A stretch of DNA of 32,000 nt. It comes from Thermoflexales bacterium. Lineage in GTDB: Bacteria > Chloroflexota > Anaerolineae > J036 > Brachytrichaceae. The notes beneath the pieces were generated by a model. The model was not told the DNA's origin. It made no database searches and was given only the letters and a program-made list of their open reading frames with translations. A program made the position numbers and the translations under genes. Of the stretch, positions 1 through 6,450 are shown one piece after another. Numbering within the stretch: the first letter of the stretch is position 1; each line of letters opens with the position of its first letter. The DNA lies in NCBI GenBank assembly GCA_025056965.1, contig JANWVF010000033.1, positions 3,750 through 35,749 of the forward strand, read 5' to 3'.

Positions 1-80
1 AGGAGGCGTGAATCGTGTGCGCGACGAACGCGCAGTGAGTTCCAAAGACGAATCATCCAGACGCTGGAGGAGAAACAAAA

Positions 81-467
81 ATGGCAGATTTGAACGCGAT
101 TGTCGAACAGTTGAACAGCTTGACGCTGCTCGAAGCGGCTCAGTTGAAGAAGATGCTCGAGGAGAGGTGGGGAGTGACGGCTGCGGCTGCGCCGGTGATG
201 GTCGCAGGGGCGGCTCCGGCAGCTGCGGGCGCGGCCCCCGCTCCGGTGGAGGAGAAGACTGAATTCGACGTGGTATTCGAGGACGTCGGTCCGAAGAAGA
301 TCGAGGTGATCAAGGTGGTGCGTGCCATCACCAACCTGGGCTTGAAAGAAGCCAAGGATTTGGTCGAAGCGCCTAAGTCGGTGATCCAGTCCGGCGTTTC
401 TAAGGAGACGGCCGAGGAGACCAAGAAGAAGCTCGAAGAGGTCGGCGCCAAGGTCATCATTAGGTGA
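81..467 (+). CDS. rplL: 50S ribosomal protein bL12 (L7/L12)
   Basis: 128-aa ORF with an N-terminal dimerisation helix ([21 protein letters not shown]), an Ala/Pro hinge and a C-terminal [19 protein letters not shown] motif typical of bL12. GGAGGAG Shine-Dalgarno sequence lies about 8 nt upstream of the ATG. Confidence 0.95.
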   Translation: MADLNAIVEQLNSLTLLEAAQLKKMLEERWGVTAAAAPVMVAGAAPAAAGAAPAPVEEKTEFDVVFEDVGPKKIEVIKVVRAITNLGLKEAKDLVEAPKSVIQSGVSKETAEETKKKLEEVGAKVIIR

Positions 468-497
468 GCACGGCTCCGACGCATCGGGCGTTGTGCG

Positions 498-540
498 GAG
501 GGCGGAGCATTCGCGAGGATGCTTCGCCCTCGTTGATTTT
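498..540 (+). terminator. Rho-independent terminator after rplL
   Basis: 13-bp stem (498-510 pairs with 519-531, one G-U wobble) and an 8-nt loop, followed by GTTGATTTT. Checked base by base. Confidence 0.7.
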
Positions 541-558
541 GGCGCGGTGTAGGCGCGC

Positions 559-1581
559 ATGTGGACGCAGGTCACAGATGCCGGCGCATGGGACGAAGCG
601 CTGCGCGCGCTTCCGGCCCCGCACCTGCTCCAGTCGTGGGCGTGGGGGGCGTTCAAGTCGCGCTGGGGATGGAGCGCCGAGCGCTGGCTATGGCGGGATG
701 CCGCCGGCAGGCCTCGCGCGGCTGCGCAGCTCTTGATGCGCCGCCTCCACCGTTGGCCTGTATGCGTCCTGTACGTGCCCAAGGGGCCTATCGTCGCCGA
801 TGATGATGCGTTCGACGCGGCGCTAGCATGGCTCGAGCGGCGCGCGCGCGCCCAGCGCGCGATCTGGGTGAAGGTGGACGGCGATCCGGCCGCCGACGAA
901 GGCGCGCTCGATCGTCGCCGAGCGACGCTCGCCGCGCGCGGCTGGCGCTACTCGCCCGTGCAGGTTCAGTTTCGCAACACCATGCACACCGACCTGCGCC
1001 AGAGCGATGATGCGCTCCTAGCGGCGATGAAGCCCAAGACGCGCTACAACGTGCGTTTGGCCCACAAACGCGGCGTGCAGGTGCGCATCGCAGAGCAGAT
1101 CGGCGACGATGATGCCTGCTTGCTATACGACATGTATCGCGAGACCGCCCAGCGAGATGGCTTCGCCATCCGCGAGGCGGCTTACTACCGCGACGTGTGG
1201 CGGGCGCTAAACGGCGTCGCCTTCATCGCGCAGCACAAGGGCCGGCCGCTGGCCGGCTTGGTGCTGCTGCGATTCGGCGATCGCGCATGGTACTTCTACG
1301 GCATGTCGCGCTCGCTGGGCCGCGAGCACATGCCGAGCTACCTGCTGCAGTGGTCGGCGCTGCGCTGGGCGCGCGAACAAGGCTGCACCGTCTATGACTG
1401 GTGGGGCGCCCCCGACCGGCTCGACGAAAGTGATCCGCTGTGGGGCGTGTATCGCTTCAAAGACGGCTTCGGGGCGCGCTTCGTTGAGGGCCTCGGCGCA
1501 TGGGACTACGCGCCATCATCCCTGGCCTACGCCGCCTACCTCAAACTCGCCCCGCGCCTGATCCGTTCTGGGCTGGCCTAG
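559..1581 (+). CDS. FemAB-family peptidoglycan interpeptide-bridge aminoacyltransferase-like protein
   Basis: 340 aa. LLQSWAWGAFK near the N-terminus, KTRYNVRLAHKRGV and WYFYGMS match the pattern I associate with FemA/FemB/FemX (lipid II aminoacyl transferase) family proteins. The specific substrate cannot be inferred. Confidence 0.7.
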   Translation: MWTQVTDAGAWDEALRALPAPHLLQSWAWGAFKSRWGWSAERWLWRDAAGRPRAAAQLLMRRLHRWPVCVLYVPKGPIVADDDAFDAALAWLERRARAQRAIWVKVDGDPAADEGALDRRRATLAARGWRYSPVQVQFRNTMHTDLRQSDDALLAAMKPKTRYNVRLAHKRGVQVRIAEQIGDDDACLLYDMYRETAQRDGFAIREAAYYRDVWRALNGVAFIAQHKGRPLAGLVLLRFGDRAWYFYGMSRSLGREHMPSYLLQWSALRWAREQGCTVYDWWGAPDRLDESDPLWGVYRFKDGFGARFVEGLGAWDYAPSSLAYAAYLKLAPRLIRSGLA

Positions 1582-1589
1582 CAAGAGTC

Positions 1590-1623
1590 GGATGACCGCG
1601 CCGGTGGGACAATACGGTCATCC
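1590..1623 (+). terminator. Hairpin between the FemAB-like gene and tpiA (possible terminator or attenuator)
   Basis: 9-bp perfect stem GGATGACCG (1590-1598) / CGGTCATCC (1615-1623) with a 16-nt loop and only a weak T tract after it. Confidence 0.35.
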
Positions 1624-1646
1624 CATTCTCGATCAAGAGAGCTTCT

Positions 1647-2405
1647 ATGCGAAAGCAGTTTATCGCCGGTAATTGGAAGATGAACAAGACGGTGGATGAG
1701 GCCTACGATCTGGCGATCGAGCTGATCACCGGCCTGCGCGCGGTGCGCGAGACGGAGGTTGCGCTGTGCCCGCCGTTCGTCGCGTTGACGTCGGTCAAGG
1801 CGGCCATTGCCAACACGATGATCAAGCTTGGCGCGCAGAACATGCACGACCAGGATAAGGGCGCGTTCACCGGCGAAGTCTCGCCGGTCATGCTGGCCGG
1901 TTTGGCCGACTATGTCATCCTGGGCCACTCCGAGCGGCGCCAGCACTTCGGCGAGAGCGACGCTTTTATCAACCGCAAGGTGCTGGCCGCGCTGAGGCAT
2001 GGTCTGCGCCCGATCTTGTGCATCGGGGAGACGCTGGAGCAGAACGAACGCGGCGAAACCGAAGCGGTGCTTGTGCGACAGGTGCGCGCCGATTTAGCCG
2101 GCGTCGCTGCCGAGCAAGCGCCCCAAATCGTCATCGCCTATGAACCGGTCTGGGCGATCGGCACCGGCCGGGCGGCCACGGCGGATGATGCACAGCACCG
2201 CTGCGCCTTCGTGCGCGCCCAGCTGCGCGAGCTGTTCGGCGCGGCGGCGGATGAGATGCGCATCCAATATGGCGGCAGCGTGACGCCGGCCAACGCGCGC
2301 GAGATCCTGAGTCAGCCCGATGTGGACGGCGCGCTGGTGGGCGGCGCGAGCCTAAAGGCCGACGATTTCATCGCCATCGTCCAAGCGGCCAAAGGGAATC
2401 TATAA
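1647..2405 (+). CDS. tpiA: Triosephosphate isomerase
   Basis: 252 aa with the family signatures FIAGNWKMN, GHSERR and IAYEPVWAIGTG. Confidence 0.95.
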   Translation: MRKQFIAGNWKMNKTVDEAYDLAIELITGLRAVRETEVALCPPFVALTSVKAAIANTMIKLGAQNMHDQDKGAFTGEVSPVMLAGLADYVILGHSERRQHFGESDAFINRKVLAALRHGLRPILCIGETLEQNERGETEAVLVRQVRADLAGVAAEQAPQIVIAYEPVWAIGTGRAATADDAQHRCAFVRAQLRELFGAAADEMRIQYGGSVTPANAREILSQPDVDGALVGGASLKADDFIAIVQAAKGNL

Positions 2406-2421
2406 AGCGCCGCAGGGCCGA

Positions 2422-3195
2422 GTGAGTGACGAGCCGCGCGCCATGCTCATCAGCCTGCTCCTCTTCCTGATCGCCTTCGGCGCGGTGCTGGTGCTGGAAC
2501 GGTTCGTGCATCGTCGCCTGCAAGAGGTCTTCCTGCTGTTGACCGGCCACGTCGAGGCAGCGACGTTGCTCTATTCGCTGGTGTTGCTGCCGGGGGTGGC
2601 GCTGCACGAGGTGAGTCACGCGGCGATGGCGGCAGCGCTAGGGGTGCGGGTGCGGCGTTTGTCGCTGCGGCCAGAGCGCCAGCGCAACGGCGTAGTGCGA
2701 TTGGGCTACGTCGAGGTGCTGCGCAGCGACGCCCTGCGCACCAGCCTGATCGGTGCGGCGCCGCTGTTGGCTGGCCTGGCGGCGCTGCTCTTGATCGGCG
2801 CGCTGGTGTTCGACCTCGCTTCGATGCAGTCGGCGCTGGTCAGCGGCAGCGCGCAGGCTGCGCTCGACTACCTGCTCGCCTTGCCCACGGCTACCGATTC
2901 GTGGCTGTGGATTTACGTAGTCTTCGCCATCGCGAATAGCATGATGCCGTCTGCGTCGGACACGCAGTCGTGGCCGCCGGTGATCGGGCTGATGGTCGTC
3001 CTGGCGGCGGCGCTCTTGCTCGCCGGGGGCGCCGACCTGGTCACGGCTATCGCGCCGTTCGTCCGAGCCGCGGTGCGCTGGTTGACGGCCGTATTTGCCC
3101 TCACCGCCTTCATTGACGTTGCGGCGATCGTCATCCTCACGCTGGCTGCTTGGGCCATCGGTCTGTTCACCGGCCGGCGCGTGGAGTTCAAATAA
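2422..3195 (+). CDS. Polytopic membrane protein with HExxH motif (putative intramembrane zinc metalloprotease-like)
   Basis: 257 aa with a GTG start. Several hydrophobic helices, and HEVSH embedded at a helix end (LLPGVALHEVSHAAMAAALG), as in M50/DUF3267-like zincins. No other family-specific motif recognised. Confidence 0.55.
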   Translation: MSDEPRAMLISLLLFLIAFGAVLVLERFVHRRLQEVFLLLTGHVEAATLLYSLVLLPGVALHEVSHAAMAAALGVRVRRLSLRPERQRNGVVRLGYVEVLRSDALRTSLIGAAPLLAGLAALLLIGALVFDLASMQSALVSGSAQAALDYLLALPTATDSWLWIYVVFAIANSMMPSASDTQSWPPVIGLMVVLAAALLLAGGADLVTAIAPFVRAAVRWLTAVFALTAFIDVAAIVILTLAAWAIGLFTGRRVEFK

Positions 3196-3230
3196 CGGCG
3201 TGCTGCCCGGCGCTGGAGTAGCATTAAAGG

Positions 3231-3977
3231 GTGAAATTCACGTCGTTCGATCAACTGCTCCACCTCGATGCGCGCTGCGTGCTGGCGACGGCACAGGGCG
3301 CGGCGCTGCTGATCTTCGACGATTGTGCCCCCGCGCTGGCGCGCCAACTCGCGGCTCATGACAAGATCGCTTGTACGGAGACGGTGGCACGCATCCTGTT
3401 CGGCCTGCCCATCTTGACCGCGCCGTTTCCGCTCTTCGTCGGTGCGGTGATGACCGAGCGCAACACGCTGCTCGATCAGATGTCGGCGTTCGCGTGGATT
3501 GAGGACAATTACATCGAGCAGCCGCGCGCCGAAGTGTTCGGCCTGACGCCGTTTGGCGAGCAGCCGGTGTTGTTCGCGCGGGACTTCGACATGGATCGTC
3601 CGGTGGAAGCCTGGCTGCAAACGTCGCAACCGACGCGCTGGGCGCGCGTGGTCGGCGCGGCGATTGCTTCATCGCGTCACACAGGCGAGTTGCAGTCGCT
3701 TGCGCCGGACGAGGCGGCGCTGGCCTTGATGCGACTGGATTTACCGGCGGATGCGCAGCCGTTCGTCGAAGCGCTGGCCAAGGACGTGGCGCACGGCGTC
3801 TCGCTCAAGGCCGGGCTGCGCCAGCGCCGCAAGACGACCGATCCTGCCCTGATGCGTATCTGCGACGCATGGCGCGTGTTCTCGCGGGCGGTTGGGGTGG
3901 TACGCCTCAATCCGCTGCAGCATCCCTCAGACCGGGTGAAGGATACGCTTCGGCTTGCGCCCCCCAAGCGGTGGTAG
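3231..3977 (+). CDS. Hypothetical protein
   Basis: 248-aa ORF whose amino-acid composition is more balanced than the Arg-rich antisense ORFs overlapping it. No domain recognised; the start (GTG 3231) is uncertain. Confidence 0.5.
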   Translation: MKFTSFDQLLHLDARCVLATAQGAALLIFDDCAPALARQLAAHDKIACTETVARILFGLPILTAPFPLFVGAVMTERNTLLDQMSAFAWIEDNYIEQPRAEVFGLTPFGEQPVLFARDFDMDRPVEAWLQTSQPTRWARVVGAAIASSRHTGELQSLAPDEAALALMRLDLPADAQPFVEALAKDVAHGVSLKAGLRQRRKTTDPALMRICDAWRVFSRAVGVVRLNPLQHPSDRVKDTLRLAPPKRW

Positions 3978-3981
3978 ATGC

Positions 3982-4344
3982 CTACAGGAGATCGCGCAGG
4001 TCGCCGTTATGCGCCCACAGCAGGCGACGGATGCGCGCGATGTCGGCGTCGCTCAGCGGCGGCAGACAAGCGAAGAACGCGCGCTCGACCGGGGTTAGTT
4101 CAGACGGGGGCGATACAGGCTGAGGCTGACGCGGGGCGGTGATCAAGCTGCCGGCACCGCAACAGTGGCATTGCACGGCAAGCGTAACGGTGCTCTGAAG
4201 CTGGCGGACGAAGTGGATAGCGGACGGCTCGTAGGGTGAGCCGCAAAGGGGACAGGTCAGATCTCCCGCAAGGAGTTCGATGATTTGAGAATCGCCGTCG
4301 GTGTCGAGTTCTAGATCGAGCCACTCCTCACGATTGTGCTCCAC
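3982..4344 (-). CDS. Small zinc-ribbon protein, function unknown
   Basis: 120 aa with CPLC...CHCC (four-Cys ribbon), an acidic N-terminus, a Pro-rich linker and a helical C-terminus. GTG start is preceded by AGGAGG at 6-nt spacing, 20 bp after the rplI stop. Confidence 0.65.
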   Translation of the reverse strand: MEHNREEWLDLELDTDGDSQIIELLAGDLTCPLCGSPYEPSAIHFVRQLQSTVTLAVQCHCCGAGSLITAPRQPQPVSPPSELTPVERAFFACLPPLSDADIARIRRLLWAHNGDLRDLL

Positions 4345-4364
4345 CTATCCCCTCCTAATAGTTC

Positions 4365-4904
4365 TCAGCGGTCAGGCTCTGATGCTTTGGCGGCGGGTGC
4401 GTCCTCTTGTGCGCTCGGTCCGGCCGGAGCAACTACGTTTGCCGCTGCAGCGGCAATACCTTCCTGTTGGACGATCACGGTCACGACCGGCGCGGCCTCT
4501 GCGCTCAGGCGCACCGGCACGCTGTAGGTGCCGATCTCGCGGATCGGCTCGCGCAACGCGATCTTGCGCTTGTCGAACGTGCTGCCCAGGCGCTTGCCGA
4601 TAGCGTCGGCGATTTGCGCCGATGTGATCGAACCGTAGAGTTTGCCCTTCTCGCCGGTGCGGACGTTGAAAGTGAGCGTCATGCCGGCGAGCAATTGGGC
4701 CAGCGCCTCGATGTCGGCCTTTTCGCGCGCGCGCTTCTCGATGGCCGCCTGTTTGATGCGCTCGGCCCGCTTGACCGCGGACGGCGTCGCAAGCACGGCG
4801 AGGCCGCGCGGCAACAGGTAGTTTCGGCCGTAGCCGTCGGCAACGGTTTTCACCTCGCCGGCTAAGCCGAGGTTATACACATCTTGCAAAAGTAAGACTT
4901 TCAT
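4365..4904 (-). CDS. rplI: 50S ribosomal protein bL9
   Basis: 179 aa. MKVLLLQDV...GEVKTVADGYGRNYLLPRGLA is the canonical bL9 N-terminal domain. About 40 aa of Ala/Pro-rich C-terminal extension. Confidence 0.93.
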   Translation of the reverse strand: MKVLLLQDVYNLGLAGEVKTVADGYGRNYLLPRGLAVLATPSAVKRAERIKQAAIEKRAREKADIEALAQLLAGMTLTFNVRTGEKGKLYGSITSAQIADAIGKRLGSTFDKRKIALREPIREIGTYSVPVRLSAEAAPVVTVIVQQEGIAAAAANVVAPAGPSAQEDAPAAKASEPDR

Positions 4905-4955
4905 CGCGTCTCCGTGTCGTCTGCTGAGTGATCTCCCCAGTGAGTCGCGGGCGCG

Positions 4956-4961
4956 ATTATA
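4956..4961 (-). promoter_or_regulatory. Candidate -10 box (TATAAT) of the rplI promoter
   Basis: The minus strand reads CAGCTATAATCGCG about 50 nt upstream of the rplI ATG. Only a weak -35 (TCACCC) lies at 17-bp spacing, overlapping the left target-site duplication. Confidence 0.35.
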
Positions 4962-4981
4962 GCTGTTTTTGGCGCTTGGGG

Positions 4982-4989
4982 TGACTAAG
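4982..4989. repeat. Left copy of the target-site duplication TGACTAAG
   Basis: Identical octamer in direct orientation at 6382-6389, immediately outside both inverted-repeat ends. The next base, G, also matches, so the duplication is 8 or 9 bp. Confidence 0.7.
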
Positions 4990-5051
4990 GGGAGTGCCTA
5001 AATCCAAATATGTGCCTAGTCCCGCAGGTAGCTCGGATAACTCGGATGCGC
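4990..5051. repeat. Left terminal inverted repeat
   Basis: GGGAGTGCCTAAATCCAAATA... versus the reverse complement of the right end, GGGAATGCCTAAATCCAAGTA... (19/21 outermost, 52/62 overall). Weaker homology continues to about 5111. Confidence 0.8.
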
Positions 5052-5169
5052 TTAGTTGAGGCGCTGCCGTCGGTTCCAGCAGCGCAACCGCTCGCGGCAA
5101 CGCTTCCACACCGGTGGACCGTCAAGCACTCGGGAAGAGCGAGGACTGGATTCGCTAGCGCTACATTCT

Positions 5170-5697
5170 TTAATCGCCTAGCAACTGCCTAAGCAGCCTG
5201 CCTTGCTCTGCAAGGAGCGCCTGCTGTTCTTGAATCAGTACCTGCTGCAGCCTGGCGAGCCGGTCATAGCTCTGCAAGATTAGCTGGTATTCCCTCAGCA
5301 GCGCTTCAGCCGCCCGTTGTTGCTGCTGCTGCAGACGCCGCTGCACCAACGCAGGACGATTGAGTTGTAGACGGCTGATGGTGAACGCTCCGGTTGGGGT
5401 CAGCGGATACAGCAGACCGTCTTCTCCTTCGAGGAAGTGATGCCCGGCGAGCTCGGCGCGTGGGTTCCATAGATGGGGGTCATTAGGGCTGATAGGAGCA
5501 TAGTCGCCCTTGTAACGATTGCAACATGAGCAGGAGTAGACCAAGTTTTCTGGATCGTCTGTCCCGCCCTTGCTTTGCGGAACGAAGTGGTCAATCGTGA
5601 GGTTTCCACCTGCTTCGAGTTCGCTGACACCACAATACTCACACCGAAAGGCGGCGCGACGGCGAACAAACTCTCGCTGCGATGCTGTCAACGCCAT
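5170..5697 (-). CDS. HNH (His-Me finger) endonuclease with C-terminal coiled coil
   Basis: 175 aa. CEYC...DHFVPQSKGG...ENLVYSCSCCNRYKG gives the HNH/HNN core with two CxxC zinc knuckles. The C-terminal ~60 aa is a Gln/Leu-rich heptad region (LQQVLIQEQQALLAEQGRLLRQLL). Confidence 0.88.
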   Translation of the reverse strand: MALTASQREFVRRRAAFRCEYCGVSELEAGGNLTIDHFVPQSKGGTDDPENLVYSCSCCNRYKGDYAPISPNDPHLWNPRAELAGHHFLEGEDGLLYPLTPTGAFTISRLQLNRPALVQRRLQQQQQRAAEALLREYQLILQSYDRLARLQQVLIQEQQALLAEQGRLLRQLLGD

Positions 5698-5736
5698 GCA
5701 CGTTCAGAGGCTGGATAGGCCCAGCCCCGGTGAACT

Positions 5737-6063
5737 TCATGCAGTTTGCTGCTGAGCAATGCGTTTGGCGAGTTGCGCACGCAAGTGCGCGTTCTCCTGC
5801 CGCAGCGCTGCGTTCTCTGCCTCTAGCCGCTCAATCGTTGTCAGCAGCTCCGCCAGCTGCTTCAAAGTCCGGCGCACTTGGTCCTGCAACGCGACGATGT
5901 CGGGCAGGGGGCTCAAATTCAGCGCATGGAGCTCCTCTTGTTGCTCCTGCACATACCATGCTTGTAGGGCTGCTTGCTCTTCTGGTGTCAGACTCTCGCC
6001 GCGCGTAAAACGGTCGTGAAGTTCTAATCCGCTCTGCGTCACTTCCCCCGAACTCCTTCTCAT
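5737..6063 (-). CDS. Small coiled-coil (leucine-zipper-like) protein, function unknown
   Basis: 108 aa. The C-terminal half has Leu at heptad spacing (IERLEAENAALRQENAHLRAQL). It is co-oriented with the HNH gene and ends 39 bp before it. An alternative GTG start at 6042 follows an AAGGAG motif. Confidence 0.7.
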   Translation of the reverse strand: MRRSSGEVTQSGLELHDRFTRGESLTPEEQAALQAWYVQEQQEELHALNLSPLPDIVALQDQVRRTLKQLAELLTTIERLEAENAALRQENAHLRAQLAKRIAQQQTA

Positions 6064-6319
6064 CTTAATGCTACCATGCCTTCACCCCGCAGGAAGTGAA
6101 CAAATCCAACATGACCAAAGCTTCCGACGCAGCGGGCAGCATCGAGTTGCGCCGGGCAAGTCGCAGCCCTGTTCGGTTGAGGCAGGTCTCGCCGAGTTGC
6201 AACACGATCTGGCACGCTTAGCCCGACGGACGCGGTGCCTTTCGCGGTGTGTGGAAGCGTTGCGGCGGTCGGTTGCGTCCTTTGTGCCATGCTGGAATCA
6301 GCAGCAGCTGTTAAAGCGT

Positions 6320-6381
6320 GCGCATCTGGGTTATGCGAGCTATCCGCGGGACTACGCAGGTACTTGGATTTAGGCATTCCC
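6320..6381. repeat. Right terminal inverted repeat
   Basis: Reverse complement matches 4990-5051 at 52/62 positions. Extended homology with one 11-12-nt indel reaches about 6249, including the shared 15-mer GCAACGCTTCCACAC (5097-5111; reverse complement at 6249-6263). Confidence 0.8.
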
Positions 6382-6389
6382 TGACTAAG
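6382..6389. repeat. Right copy of the target-site duplication TGACTAAG
   Basis: Direct repeat of 4982-4989, abutting the right inverted-repeat end. Confidence 0.7.
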
Positions 6390-6390
6390 G

Positions 6391-6428
6391 CGCACGCGCC
6401 TGCCTCACAGACGAGGCAGGCACGTGCG
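6391..6428 (-). terminator. Strong hairpin downstream of the redoxin gene (possible terminator lacking a U tract)
   Basis: 9-bp stem 6398-6406 / 6413-6421 plus a 6-bp outer stem 6391-6396 / 6423-6428, with one internal mismatch and a 6-nt loop. It begins 23 nt after the redoxin stop. No T/U run on either strand. Confidence 0.45.
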
Positions 6429-6450
6429 AGTGAATTCCACGAGCCGAACC

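Larger units (their letters stand above)
4990..6381 (-). mobile_element. 1392-bp TIR-bounded, TSD-flanked insertion carrying an HNH nuclease and a leucine-zipper gene, with no recognisable transposase
   Basis: 4990-5051 aligns ungapped with the reverse complement of 6320-6381 at 52/62 positions (hand alignment). It is flanked by the direct repeat TGACTAAG. GC content is visibly lower than in the flanks. No six-frame ORF resembles a DDE, HUH, Ser or Tyr transposase. Confidence 0.75.

Noticed and set aside
6096-6112. Internal AAATCCAA..ATG resembling the TIR core AAATCCAAATATG, considered as a subterminal transposase-binding repeat.
   Set aside because: Only an 8-mer match, about what chance allows in 32 kb on two strands.
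6068-6373. 101-aa plus-strand ORF inside the element, considered as a possible transposase remnant. Also the other plus-strand ORFs at 5010-5192, 5570-5755, 5682-6008 and 5759-6019.
   Set aside because: No transposase-like motifs (no DDE spacing, HUH or recombinase signatures). Composition is Arg/Cys/Ser-rich. The ORF runs into the right inverted repeat; the others are antisense to the two convincing genes. An HMM search would be needed to exclude a decayed transposase fully.
4990-6381. Interpretation of the HNH region as a prophage fragment or as an IscB/TnpB-type element.
   Set aside because: There are no phage structural, integrase or terminase genes nearby. The HNH protein has 175 aa, with no RuvC segments or bridge helix, so it is far too small for IscB. 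Only the positional analogy of a possible 3' RNA is retained as speculation.
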